A stretch of DNA of 64,000 nt from Amoebidium appalachense (GCA_963693365.1 CAVNZM010000013.1:7611482-7675481), one strand, 5' to 3'. Counted from the stretch's first letter, positions 1 to 14,570 are shown. Numbers and translations are program-made. The notes: a model not told the origin generated them from the sequence alone.

Positions 1-490
1 TTGCACCGATTTTATGGCTGTATGAACCCTTTCTCTCTCTCTCTCTATCTTCCGTTCTCAGCATTGACTCCGTTTTCGTGTTGCGATGAACAACCGCCGC
101 AACTGCTCATAATTTGGTCTATGACATTAACGCATAACTACTCTATTGTTGTTACTTATATTTCTTAACTTTTTAATTCACTTAAAACACCAATTACATG
201 GCGCTTTTACAGTTACGTATTAAGTGTATAGTGCCGCTTTTTGTGCTGACAAAGCAGCTTTGAGCGGCTCCCGCAAGACTGCTTTCAGTTAGAAAAGTTG
301 CAGTGTTTTCGTTCAAAGTTCCTTTGAATGCTTTGAAAGTCCAACGTAGTAATACAGTGCGCTACAAACCAACACGTTCGCAACGCAAAACAGAACAACG
401 ACCAAAATTCTCGCAGTTATAGAGGGTGGAGCAGGGAAAGAAAGGAAAAACAGAAAAGGAAAAATCCCCGCCACGCTCAACAACGCCAAC

Positions 491-1307
491 ATGGCTTCAA
501 CAGAACCCGAGAACGCAATTTGCTGCGTGATAGACGAAAAGGGACGATGTGAAACGCCCGCTGGCATAACATCATTCACAAAGAGAATGCAGAGGGGAGC
601 GAAGCAGAAAAAGATCGACCTGCGTGCAGACGAAACAGTGGGCCACAGTCGTGTGTGTGCACAACACAGGCAGATGTTGCTGACGTTGAGACAGCAGATA
701 GAGCCAAAGAAGAGGAAGGCGGAGGAGGGCGGCGACGAGGAGATACAGGTACGTGCGGGATAACATGGTTGTGTTAGTTTCGAAGACGGCGGGGAGGCAG
801 GGAGAGGGGGGGGTGGGGGGTAAGGGAGGGGAAGGGTTCGGGGTTGATAGGATTTTGGGTGGGTGTAAAGTTCTGAGCGAAACGCGCGAGAAGAAGATCG
901 CGAGATGATCAATGCAGGGGTTTTCTGTAAAACTAGTAGAATATTTCCAACACACGGTTTTTGGAAGAGGCATGATAAATGAGGGTATAGGGGAGATTGT
1001 TGGGGATGTGTAGATGCAGTACGGTTGCATTCTTCTTTTTTTTTGGTTTATTTCTCTCTTTGTGTGATCTTAATAGCCCGCCCCCTCACTTACAGGGCTT
1101 CTCCCTTCCCCCCACCTTCCTTTCTTTCCCTTACTTGTATGTAAATGTGTAGGACACCTTTGGACACAGTTTTAATGATCCCCACACGGAGCTCTTCTCC
1201 CCCTCTTACCTTCCTTTTCCCCCCCCTCCCCCCTACTTCCTCCTCCGGGCTCACCCCCAAACACCTTTGCTGTCCCCCCCCCCCCCCTTTCTCCCCCCCC
1301 CTTTTGC

Positions 1308-1362
<55 letters not shown>

Positions 1363-1371
1363 CCCACACCC

Positions 1372-1443
<72 letters not shown>

Positions 1444-1451
1444 ATCTCTCT

Positions 1452-1489
<38 letters not shown>

Positions 1490-1642
1490 CCCCCCCCCCC
1501 CCCCCCTCTCCCCCTCCCCCCCCCCCCCCCCCTCCCTGTTCTTTCTCTGCCACCATCCGCCCCTCCTGCACCCTCTCGTGTCATTCTTCCTTGCCCCACC
1601 CTGCCTCTCTACTCTCCTTATTTCTCCGTCGCTCTCTTTCCT

Positions 1643-1693
<51 letters not shown>

Positions 1694-2101
1694 TGTGTGT
1701 GCGTGCGTGTGTGTGTGTATGCGTGTGGGCTGTGTCTGCGCCTATGTTTTCGTGCGCGCATGTGTCCTCTCTCTCTCACCTTCTCCGCCCTTTTCCCTAC
1801 CTGGGCCCCACCCCTCAACACCTTAACACAAACATGACGTTGATTCCTTACTCCCCTTGGCCCCCTGAGGATGGGCTCTATTTCTCATGCATACGTTGTG
1901 CTCTAAATTGTCTGCTTTGTGTTGTCCAACGGGCATATGTACTTGTGCTCTGTAATGGATTCTAACCTTCCCCCCTCCGCCCCTTCTCTCCCCATCCATC
2001 CCGTCCATACACGTGTTTTATGCTTGTGTGTGTGTCTGTGTTTTGTTTCCCGTTTGTTCTTGTGTACTTCGTACTTTTTGACGCATTTAAACCCCCCCCC
2101 C

Positions 2102-2155
<54 letters not shown>

Positions 2156-2290
2156 GAAAAGCCCCACAGTCCCCCCACAAGAAAAAGCTTAAACTGTAGA
2201 ATGCCTGTTCAACAAATTTATAACCCTAGGACAATAGGAGCTGTGTAGCTGTGGAGATTTTTATGTTCATTCTTGTTAGTTTGCTTTCAA

Positions 2291-2324
<34 letters not shown>

Positions 2325-2404
2325 TTCTTCCCCCAACCACCACAACCACCACCACCCACACACACACACACACCACTTTCATGTTTGGCTTTCCTTTTGC
2401 CAGC

Positions 2405-2444
<40 letters not shown>

Positions 2445-3018
2445 TTCCTCACCCATCCACCCACCCATCCACCCCCCTTCCATCGTCACTCATTGGGTTC
2501 TTTTTTCTTCTTCTTTTGCAACAACATTCCGCCTTCCTCGCCCCCTCCACTTTGCACATTGTTGGTACTACATTCTTGAAATCCCCCTCCCCCCTCCCCC
2601 CTCCCCGCCCAGGGGCGCCACACATACACCCTGTTCTTCTCCCCAACTCCCCCCCCCCCCCCCCCCTCCCCCGGCCAACACACACACAAACATACACACA
2701 CAGGTATTAATTAACCTGTGTTAATTCTCTCTCCCCCCTCCCCCCCCCTCCCCCCCCCTCCCCCCCCCCCCCCCCCCCCCCCCCCCCCACAAAAAAAAAA
2801 AAAAAAAAAAAAAGGGACGATAAGCCACACAATCACACACACATGCACATGCACGCGCACGCGCATGCGCACGCACATACTCTCTCTTACCTTCTGTTTC
2901 CCCCCTCTCCCCTTTCCCCCTGCTCCCTCCTTCCTCCCTTCTTCCCCCCCTCCCCCCCCCCCTTCCCCCCCTCTCTGCCCTCCCCTTCCCCCTTCCACAC
3001 ATAAACACACACACACAT

Positions 3019-3056
<38 letters not shown>

Positions 3057-3270
3057 CGACTTCACCACGTTGCACATCCAAACCCTCAAACGCTACAAGC
3101 GCCACTACAAGCTCAACCTGGCAAACAATGTCGGAAAGGCGGAATTGGCATCTGCAATAAACCGCCATTTTGCTTCTCTACCGGTGAACGAGGGAAGGGA
3201 CGTGAGCGCATTTTTGGCGCATGCGCACAAGAGGAGACTCAAAATGCAGGCTGCTGAAGCGGCTGTGTGA
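491..3270 (+). CDS. SAP30: Sin3-associated polypeptide SAP30/SAP30L homologue; exons 491-748 and 3055-3270
   Basis: Exon 1 ICCVIDEKGRC..AG..SF.KR.Q...H..VC..H matches the SAP30 zinc finger. Exon 2 VDFTTLHIQTLKRYKRHYKL..KAELASAINRHF..LPVNE matches the Sin3-binding domain. A phase-0 GT(749)..AG(3054) intron joins them in frame. Confidence 0.92.
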
Positions 3271-3711
3271 TTTTAAAAGTTAAGAATCTTGTAAAAATAG
3301 GCTTTAGGGTTCTAGTGTGTGGTGGGGATGGGTGGGTGTTGGTGTGCCTCTTTGTTTTGCAAAAAAGCAGTGGTTATAGAAGCACACGGTGATTGGTTTG
3401 TCTATTCTGTTTGACACAGTTATTCCCTGTGCATGTGTTGGGTGTAGTGGTGCTTTTGGTTTGTTGCTTGGAGTGTGTACATAGATTAGGCTTGCTGTAT
3501 GCAGTGCCATTTATTATGTTCTGGTTGTATGGCTTTTGACAATACGGAAGGGGTCCTCGGGGGGAGAACGGGGATGGGGTGGGCTGCGACAGTATTGGTA
3601 TTTCTTTGAAAGAATCACTTAACAGAAATGTGTGGCTTTCGATAAAGGTTGCTGAATACAATGAAGAGGCAAACTGTTGTTCTGGAAAATACATGCACAC
3701 GCACGCGCGCA

Positions 3712-3750
<39 letters not shown>

Positions 3751-4111
3751 CAGAAGTGCAATGTTATCATTTGGGGTTTGCTGCACTGTGTGCATTTCGT
3801 ACCCACATTCACAACAAATAGAAATACATAACTATCTCCTTTTTTATCATCTCTTGGTTCACTACGTACTACCACTACTACCCCCCCCCCCCCCCCCCCC
3901 CCCCCCCGCGGGGGTGCCACCGCCGCAGACGTCTCTGATCATAGCGTGTGACCCACCCATGTCCAAGTGAAACAGTATCTGAGTTGGGTTTCGTTGACGA
4001 GGTGAATGGGTCGAAACTCGGATACTGTGGCCAGCCGATGCAGGCCTCCGCTGAGGATGGTATTCGTGTTGTCCGTTGTGAATGTTTACCAATGCATGTA
4101 CATATAATCCC

Positions 4112-4163
<52 letters not shown>

Positions 4164-5229
4164 CCGCCGCCCTCTGCCCTCCTTCCAGCCCTCTCCCACC
4201 ACTTCCGGCCACCACCACCAGGGACATGTGACCGACCCATGTCTAATTAGAGACATAGGCCGTATATCCGTGTAGTTTCGCATGGGACGTGAATTCGAAT
4301 GGCTCAAACTGGGGACGTTTTTCAACCCTCGAGCTCCGAGGATGGGCTCAACTCATAATTATGTTGCACAATTCTAGCCCTTGTGCGTTGTGTCTTTGGA
4401 TATCCGTGATGCATGATGAAGGGATGTTGTCTGTTGTGTATTTAGCGCTTAGTCGGCAATTCTCTAGGATTTATATTCCTGTGCATGGCCATCCCACACT
4501 TTCCATAAAAGGAGGCAGCACGATACATAGACAAAGCCAACCACATTCGTCGTATCTCCGCCGGATCTGACACACTGCAGCCAAAACACTGTGGATAACT
4601 TTGTTGGTGAACTTGGCAGGTTCCCTGAGGATGAGCCCTGAGCGCTTATAATGCATACTTGGTGAGTCACTATGTTACTTCGCATTTCCGTGTTGTTTCC
4701 ACCCCACACACCCGCGCCCCCCCCCCCCCCCCCCCCCCCCCCTCCCCTTCCCCCCCCCCCCCCCCCCCCCCCGCCCTCCCTCCCCCCTGCCAGCCTCCCC
4801 CCCCCCCCCCCCCCTTCCTCCCCCCCCCCCCCCTCCCCCCACTACACACACACGCACCCCCCCCCCCCCCCTCCCCCTGCCCTCCTGTCCCCACGGCCCT
4901 GAGGGTGTGAGCGCGATCACAATACGGTATATACAAAACACACGGCCCCTGCACTCAGCTGAATACGAACAGAACAAGCACTGGCTTGTGAGCCACGTCA
5001 TCCCAGGACGCAAACTAGAGCACATCTAAAACCTGACTCATTCGGAATGATTGTGAAAAGGGAAGAATTTTAATTCATATTTGACGTACGCCCTGATGGT
5101 TTCACACATGCACACACGTTTAATAAGTACACAGCACTAGTGTGAACAATACTGATGTCATGTGATCACTTGTTAGCAAACACTCACACAATCATTAATC
5201 AGGTACAAATTTGCTTCTTCACGTCCCAG

Positions 5230-5266
<37 letters not shown>

Positions 5267-6178
5267 TGCCCCGAGGCAGACAGTTTAGTTCCCGAGTCCC
5301 CCCCTTCCTCCTTTCCTAAGCTCAAAACTAGCTCGCAGGTCATTGCAATCGCTCTGCACCCTTGTACCAGTGTCTAGACCGTCGTAAGTTTATTATTTGC
5401 AAACTTCCCCCCCCCCCCCCCTCCCCCCCTCCACCCCACCCCACCTCCCTCTCCCCTGTCCCTCCCCCCCCCCCCCCCCCCCCCCCCCCCCTTCCCCCCC
5501 CGAATCAACCAACCAGTGCGCTCATACATGTCCCACCTCTCTTGGGAGGCTCACACCGGCCTTCCCACTGAAAAACTTAATGCAATAGTCAACCCCTTCC
5601 CCTCGTGCTATAGCTGATGCTTCTCGCCATGTACGCATATGCATGCACACCGTGACTGTCAAGCATACAACTCCGCTTTCCCAGCACCCCATTGCAAGCA
5701 GTAAATGTATGGTTGTGGATGACGAATTGGATTGTAACTGAATTCGGAATTAGATTGAATGTATGAGGTTCATGGCCTGAGCGAAGTTAACCGTCAACGA
5801 AAGATCAGCACAATCATGAACAGTTAGGGTGTGCGTGCAATGTGCGAGCATGTGTGTGTGTGTTTGTGTGCTTGTGTGTGTGTGTGTGTGTGTTGGTGTG
5901 TGTGTGTGTGTATGTGTGTGTTTGTGTATGTGCGTGCGTGTGTGTGTGAGTGTGTGTGTGTGCCTGCAAGTGTGTGTGGGTGTACCAGTGTGTGTGCATG
6001 GTGTATGCATGTGCATGTGCAATCACGTGTGCATTTGCGTGTGCGTGCCTGTGTGCCTGTGTGCGTGCATGTGTCTGCAAGTGTGTGCACGTGTGTGTGT
6101 GTGCGTGCGGGTGTGCTTGCGCCTGCATGTGCGTGTGCGTCACGGTGCCTGTGTATGTGTGCCTGTGTGTTTGTGTGC

Positions 6179-6275
<97 letters not shown>

Positions 6276-6815
6276 TGCAAAAGCGCACGTGATTCAATAC
6301 CTACCACACGTGGTGCACGTGCAGAGCATATCATGAAATAGACGAATAGGCCACGTACCCCTTTGAAGTCTTCCGGCCCATTTTTTTATTTTTCAATTGT
6401 CGGGAGGGGGGGGGAGAGGGAAGGGGGGATGGGGGGGGTTTGGGGGGGATTGCCAAATGTGTGTGTATGTGTGTTCAAGTTCGTTACGGCCATCAGTAGT
6501 AGTGGTGGTGGTGGTGGTGTTTTGTTTTTTTTTTTGTTTTTTTTTGGTTTTTTTTTGGTTTGGGGGGGGGGAGGGGGGGCGGGGGGGAGGGGACGGAGGG
6601 AGGGGGGAGGGCAAGGGGGAGGGGGGGAGGGAGAGGGGAATGACCACGCCGCTCATCTCAACATACCGTGCAGAGCTAGTGTACGTGTACCAACCGCGTG
6701 TGTATAGACTGTGCGTCTGTGCGTGCGTGTGTGTGCGTGTGTGTGTGTGCGCGCGTGTGTTCGTGTGTGTGTGTGTGTGCGTGTGTGTGTGTGCGCGCGC
6801 GCGCGTGTGTGTGAC

Positions 6816-6911
<96 letters not shown>

Positions 6912-7377
6912 CGCGTGTGTGTGTGTGCATGTTGTTGCACAGGTGGCCTGTGTGTGTGTACACCACACTCCTCACTCTGATCCCATTGAACTTAGAAGTT
7001 TCTTCACACCCTAAGCAGATACGTATAGATCGAACGACCAGTTTCACTACATACGCCTTTGGACTTCAAAAACCAAGGTTAAGTTTCTTTGGCCTTGGGA
7101 CAGGACATGGAAATTTCGGCTTTGTGAGTGCACTATAGGTCTTGAACTACCGAGTGTGCGATATATATATACTACCATGAACCCCCCTCCCCCCCCCCCC
7201 CTCCCCTCCCCCCCCCCCCTCCCCCCCCCCCCCCCCCCCCCTCCCCCCGGCCCTTCCAGGCGTGCAATTGTCCAGTTCTCACCGCAACCACCACCACACA
7301 AAATCTTAAGGATGGCTATGGACACACACTATGCACCCGCATCAAGTCCCACCGGTTTGCAGTCTGGCATAAGCCAC

Positions 7378-7688
7378 ACGACTCTGAAATCTCCAAGTCG
7401 TTTGCTCCTTGCCCGTTAGCAGTGTTTGTGGCTTGTTGTATCTATCTAATTTCTGAGGTATATCTGTGATGTTTCGTCGAACGGTTTGTACTAAGCATCC
7501 CTATAAAGTTACTTAAAGGAAATATCCGACTCTCGTATTGATGTTTGTTTGAGTGCACGACCTCATGATATTTCTGTTTATAAATTTTTTTTTTTGCCAA
7601 AAGTTTTCAAAAACTTTTATAGATTGTGACCCCATGACGTCTTAAGGTCTTTTTTGATTTTGAAACGGGGAAGGGGGGAGTAATAAGT

Positions 7689-7730
<42 letters not shown>

Positions 7731-9792
7731 ACCCCCCCCCCCCGAAGGGGTAGGTCCTCGGAGAGGGGGGGGAGGGGACCCACCACCCCTCCGCCGGCTG
7801 GGGGAGGGGGGGGGGGGAGGGGGGCTACCCAAAAATGACTAATATGTACTAATATGTATGTTGGATACCAACTTGAAAACATGATGGCATTGGCACCTTA
7901 TCTTAATCCACTAGTACTATCATAGTATATACCAATAACTCGGATGATCAATTATCAGGCCCTGGGTCAATGACCTGCTTACTAATTAGGCATCCCCCCC
8001 CCCCCCCCCCCCCCCTCCCCCGGAACGACTGCGGGCCCGTGGGGGCCTCCCCCTCTCTATGCCTCTTGGGCCTAGGATCTCAAGCTCATACCGAAACCGC
8101 AATGACTTGTTGCTCATGACCACTGATTTTCTCGATGATGTACAGTAAAGCACCCTTGCACACGCAGATCTCACACACGCGCACACACGTACACTATTGG
8201 ATACGCTCACAGACTGCCGTAGGGTATATGCTAATCTGCTGAGTAGTGGCACATATCGTTAAATGATGCGTGCACGCACATGTGGCTCACATTCTGAATC
8301 CTTTTTTCCCTGTAACTGCTTCCCCTTATTTCCCCCCTCATTCCCCTCCCCCCCCCCCCCCCCCCCCCCCCCACAAACACACACACACATACACACCCAC
8401 CCACCACCACCACCACCACCACCATCACCATCACACCACCACCACCACCACCGCGCCCTCTTTTTAGCTCTCTATCTATCCCCCCCCCCTCCCCCCCCCC
8501 CCCCCCCCCTGGTTATTTGTCTGGCACAGTTTCATCCATGCATCATGTGCCATCATGCATCCTCATCATCAACAACAGAAACACACACACATATTATGGC
8601 AATTCAATCACACATGCCAACGGAAGGCACATGCGCGCGTGCAAATTTGTGCCAGAGATTGACTAGACTCTCAATCACTAACACACAGACATACACACAA
8701 CACACGCACACATATGCACACACACGCACACACAGACAAACACGCGCTGAGACACACATGCACAGTGACACCCACACGTGTGCACACACCCTCTTCTCTG
8801 GCACACACGAGAATGCCATGTAAATTCGCACATGCTAAGCGCATTGCGTCCACGCAGCTTGCACATGTGGCACGAAGTTTACTACTCACACACTGTCAGG
8901 CTACCACTGTGGTTAGCACAGGTTCGAATGCCCACCCACCCTAACTTACGGACACATACACACACGGTCCCACGTCTCAGTACACGGCACAAAAATCGCA
9001 GAGACACACTCCCAGGCCCAGTGACATACTGTGCATGACAGATGTGCCCTAACTTAGTCAAAATTCGAAGCGCTGGTTAAAACGAAGGGAAGAAGACTTA
9101 GTACAAACTTAGCGCTTGTGATGGTTGTGGATGAGAGAGGGGAGGAAGGGGGGGGGGGGGGGGGGGGGGGGGGGGAGGGGGGGGAAGAGGGGGAGGCGAG
9201 CCTCCAGAAAAAATCGAGAGGGTGTGCAGCCGCGGCCGGCGCTGAGGGTCCCGTCGGACTCCCCGCGCGGGGGAGGAGGGAGGGGGGGGGGGGGGGGGGG
9301 AGGGAGGGGGGACCCACCACCCGAACAAAGAGGTGGGTCCCCCCTCCCCCGGCCCACCACCCCGGTGCTCAGCTTAGGGAGGGGGGGGGGAGGGGGGAGG
9401 GGGGGGACCCACCACCCCCTCAAGCAGGTGAGTTTCCCCCCAGGGGGGGGGGGAGGGGGGGGACCCACCACCAGGGGGGACCTCAATACTTACTACTGGC
9501 CACCCCCCATTCTCAAATTCAAAAATGCCTAGTAGTACTACGACTTTGAAATCTCCAAGTCGTTTGCTCCTTGCCCGATAGCAGTGTTTGTGGCTTGTTG
9601 TTTCTATTTAATTTCTGAGGTCACGATATCTGTGTGATGTTTCGTCGAACGGTTTGTACTAAGCATCTCGAAAGTTACTTAACGGAAATTCCGACTCTCG
9701 TATTGATGTTTGTTCGTGCGCATGACTTCATGATACTTCTGTTTATATCTTTTTTTGTTTCTTCAAAAACTTTCATAGGCTGTGACCCCATG
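7378..9792. repeat. Pair of diverged ~255-bp direct repeats (7378-7636 and 9540-9792)
   Basis: GAAATCTCCAAGTCGTTTGCTCCTTGCCCG...TGTGACCCCATG occurs twice, about 2.16 kb apart. Confidence 0.8.
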
Positions 9793-10750
9793 CATATAAT
9801 AGTACTACGAAATTATTCGAAAGATTGCAGGGAGCGAATGAGCGTATGAACCTCTTAGTTACGACCAACCCTGACTGCCAGGATACTGTGTTATCGTACA
9901 TCGTATCGTATTGTACTAGCGGGAGATCATCCCCCTCCCCCCCCAAAACACCCACAAATTTGCATTTCTATTTTCTCCCCTCAACTCTCCCTCCACAAGG
10001 CACACACGTGTACAAGTCTAATCCCCCCCCCCCCCCCTGCCCTCCCCCCTAAATTTTAAACAAAAACAAACACACCAATGCAACCCCCCCCCCCCCCCCC
10101 CCCCTCCCCCAAAAGCTTTTCTCGAGCTCTTCACACCTCTGTGACCATGTTTTATCAATGCAGGTTTTGTTCGAATCATTAATAGTATCCAAATACAATG
10201 GCCGATGCTGAACATATATCGGGCGCGCATTCGATACGCTTTTCGTTCTGTCCCCCCCCCCCCCCCCCCCCCCCCCGGCCCAACACTCACATATCGCAAG
10301 GCATTTTGGGGGCTTTCTATTCCCCCCCCCCCCCCCCACCCCCCTCCCTCGGGAAAAAAAAAACAAAACAAAGAAGACAGTCCCGACCAACTATTACACT
10401 ATTAGTGTTTACGGTGCAGATATCAACTCCCCCGTCAAACTTACCCCTTCACACGGCTTCACGTTTACAACAACAATATTCTATTTACCCGCGTCCACGT
10501 GCACCAACCTTAAGAAATCAGCAAGGAGGAGGGGCCGTTGCCGTAGGGGGGGGGGGGGGGGGGGGGGGGGGATAGTATAATGTGTACTGAGAAACCTAAT
10601 CATAGAGAGCTGTAGCTGCAACCATCATATCTTATTATGGATCTTCGTTTTTGTCGTGAACCAAAGGTCAAGAAACTCAAAATGAAATCTGGGCTCACAA
10701 CCACAAGTAAAAGCAAGGGAAAGGGGCGGGTGAGCGCGGGGTGCCGTGCC

Positions 10751-10787
<37 letters not shown>

Positions 10788-11439
10788 GAATCTGTGAATC
10801 GGGAAACTTGAAATAGTAGGGGGCATTTTGCAGCAATGCCCCCTACTATTTCATCATATTTTATTATGGATCTTCGTTTCAGTCGCGATAAAAAGGCCAA
10901 AAAACTCTGGGCTCATGCCCAGCAAAACACACGCACAGCACACACGCGCGCACAAACACACACACACACACGCATCACACACATCGGCGCATGCACGTGC
11001 AAGCAACACACACACACACACACACACACAACACACACTCAACCAGCATCAGCAACAGTACACAAACCATCGCTAGTAATTACACACTTTACAGCACGTG
11101 CACACACGAAGTAGTTTTATACTCTTGCTACTGTCATACATCCTGCAATATATCATTTCGGGGTGTGGGCAATCGCGCCGCATGTGTGTGGCGATGCGCG
11201 TGCGCCGTGTTTGCGTGTGCACAAACATACATGCATGCTTTTGTGTGTGTGTGCATGTGCGTGCTAGCATTCTGGCATTGTCATACGGTATTGCTGTGTG
11301 CATGTGTTTATGACCCTGAGAGCGTGTGTGTGGGATGTGTCTGTGTGCGGGCGTGGGTGTCTCAGGACACACAGTATGGCGTTGTGTGCCTGTGTTGTGT
11401 GTGCACGTGTGATAGGGTGTGTATAATTAGGTTGTGTGC

Positions 11440-11473
<34 letters not shown>

Positions 11474-11823
11474 GTCTGTGTCTGCTCGTGTAACGTTGTC
11501 ATGGCGTGTCCACGTGCATGTGACATTGCCATTGTGTGTCTGTGACTGTGCGTGCGTGACGATTGTGCGTGCGTGCACATGTGTGTGCGTGTGCGTGCGT
11601 GTGCGTGTGCGTGCGTGTGCGTGCGTGCGTGCGTGCGTGCGTGCGTGTTTGTGTGTGTATGTGTGGTGGGTAAGGCCTTACCTTACACCTTGCTAAACCT
11701 TATCCTTACACACACAAAGTTGAACATGACATATGAAACCTTTGCGCGGGGGGTGAACTGACAGCGATAGCCTATTTCGTATCCCACCGGCCCACCCCCT
11801 CTCGAGTTGGTATTGATCTGGGC

Positions 11824-12049
11824 CACGGCCATCTAGAAACAACCCCAACTAATTGATTTCTCCTTGTAGTCTTTATGGTGTCTCGTAGAGAAAGTAAACC
11901 CTGATATATAGTCACCACCCGACATCTATGTACGTGATCATGATATACCGCTGAGGGGATATTCCGAGCAAACCCCCCCCCCCCATACCTGAGACTGGTT
12001 CTCTTTGCCTCGAGTAAACAGCGTAAACCCCCACCTCTAGATGGCCGTG
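11824..12049. mobile_element. 226-bp MITE with 14-bp TIRs and 8-bp TSD (P- or hAT-type)
   Basis: TIRs CACGGCCATCTAGA / TCTAGATGGCCGTG; ATCTGGGC duplicated at 11816-11823 and 12050-12057. Confidence 0.85.
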
Positions 12050-14529
12050 ATCTGGGCCCTTCTATGAATCGCTACGCAGGCACCGCCTGGCCAATCGCAA
12101 CTGAGAAACCGATCACCAAGTTCAACCTTATCACCTTCACAAACCGAGTCAAATATTATTAGTTAAGTAAATAATTCCTATACATATACGTATTACGCAT
12201 ACTAATAATCAGAATATGTTCAATTACATAAGTATATGTAAGGTAACAAACGCTCATTATTCACTTTCATCATATCTAATATCTACTATCTTTTGCGTGT
12301 CCAATCTACCAGATACACAACGTTCGTGTCACATTGTGACCAGTGCTGTCAAAAGATGATGCATGGCCTGGGCCCGGCGATACTAATACATAGTATGCCG
12401 GCCACCTCAGGCGGTGTCACATCATGCATGTATGCCTTATATGCCGTTTATAATTTCAGCCTACGTTTTGCTCCATGGCCACTGCACCAAAATCAATAAA
12501 CTATGGTCACCCACCCTTTCCCCCCCCCCAATTCCCCCTGCCCTCCCCTTTCCGAGGGCCTCCCTCCCCCTCCCTTCCCTCCCCTCCCCAGCGGCCCTCC
12601 GCGCGTACACGCAATATCGGTAGGGTGCGGATACATCGTTTGGCGTGCACACCCTGACAATGGCTTTTTCTGGCTTTTTCTGCTTCGGCTGGATAACAGC
12701 TGACCCACATAATTTTAATCCTATAACTTGTAGACGTATGTGCAATAATACTTTATAATTAGTTTGCACTGTTTTGCTCTCGGCTTTTTTTTGTACGGCT
12801 TTTTTTTCACCCGATAGTTGGTCGGCCAGTGCTTGCGAGCTCCGTCGTGATTTGTACAAAACACAATGAGGGCCGCGCGATGATTGGAGCACGGCGCATC
12901 AAAAATGCTCCAAGAGTCTCCAGTGATTGGTTACAAGTATTTCATTCTTAGTCAATTCCGATTGGCTAGGATATCGTCGCTTTTTTTCCCGTGGAGACGG
13001 AGATCCTTCTATACCGGATCCACTGAGAATATCGTGGGCGACAGTTTGGGTATTTTTCATGTATCATAACCTAAAGAGCACCATTTAGCCTCTGAAACGT
13101 TATTTAATATTCAACAATGAATGGATAATTCATTTTTATTGTAGCATAGATCTAATAGCTGGTAAAGTTTGACTCTTAGACGTATGATTCCCATAGAAGT
13201 TCAGGCTATGCATACTTCTAAGAAGGTACAACTCTGTGCACACCCCCACCGAATGGCCCATCCCGCAGGGAGTAGCGGGAGCCAGAAATATGAACGCTTG
13301 GGCCAATCACACACCAGTGCGGCATCGCCAGATTCACCATAAACGCACAGGCTGTGCGGTTAGTTTGGTGGATAGGAGGGGCAAAATATTGATTCTCACA
13401 GTTTTACTAATAGATTCTGCACCATTTTCTTCTTCTATTTTAACGACATAATCCGAAAACACTGGCATGCATTTTGAAACTACCTGTCAACATAGAATCG
13501 GGATCACAATACCTGATCTGTCCTTGTTTGTAATTGTGATCAGTTCTTGAGTGATCACAGAATTCCAATTCAAAATCACTGAAGCTGATTCTAAGTTTGT
13601 TTTTACTAAGCATGTTATGAACAACTTCATCGAAGAAAACAATAGACTCAAAAAGTTTAATTTTTTGTACAGATTTATTAAAAGCTTTTGCATTACTGCT
13701 ATGAGCCATGGAAGCCAGTGCAGTCTGACCTTTGCAGCCTTGGAGTTTTGCCCCCGTCTGAGAGGAACACGCGATCGATTCGTCAGGGGCTCTTTGTCAT
13801 TTCAGGAGAAAATGTCGCAAAGACCGTTATTTTATATTATAATCGGTTAATAAATCACACGTTTCAGATTGATATTCAGTTTCTGAAAACATAATCACGG
13901 CATAATGCTGATATATGTTATATATGAAGGCCCTATTCTGGCCCGTTATTCAACATACTTCAACGGGTCTATAGATTGAATTGGGAGTACCGAATTTCAT
14001 CCAATATATCTATTCATCATCTGATGTTCTTTGGATAAAAGATTTTAATCTTCCTCTTTTGCCATAAACCATCTAAACTTTATGACTAATTGATTATAAA
14101 AAAAGCACAACCAAGAAATGTTTTGAAGATCAGGGGGTAAATAAAGTCATACAAAGATTTTTTATTGTATTCAGCTCAGAAATAGATGGGTGCTGCATAT
14201 TCACCGTTGCCATTAGTACCATATATTGAATAAACTTTCTGTTCGTGAAATTCCAATATATTTACAGATACCTTACGCAGGGAGTCTGAGGGAGGCGTAA
14301 GAAAAGCATACGTGTGATCACTTGAGTGTGCTACCAGAAACGTAATAAAAAGGACTAAAATCTTTACAAAATTCAAAAATATGAATAAAGTTATTGTTTC
14401 CCATTATACTAGATACAACAATTCTTGCTGTGGTCAAAAATAATCAGCAGAGGCATCATCGTTGTTTCACCAGGTGGCCCAACCAGAAGCCTGCTTTTTG
14501 CACCCCTCAAGAAGTTGTCGATATTCTAG

Positions 14530-14570
14530 CCAATCGGAATTGCTTATCTCACACTTCAGAAGCTATAAAA
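14530..14570 (+). promoter_or_regulatory. Putative CCAAT box and TATA box upstream of the MFS gene
   Basis: CCAAT at 14530 and TATAAAA at 14564, about 110 bp upstream of the ATG at 14679. Confidence 0.45.

Noticed and set aside
7378-9792. Direct repeats as LTRs of a TRIM element
   Set aside because: No TG..CA ends, PBS, PPT or TSD found; recorded only as a repeat pair.
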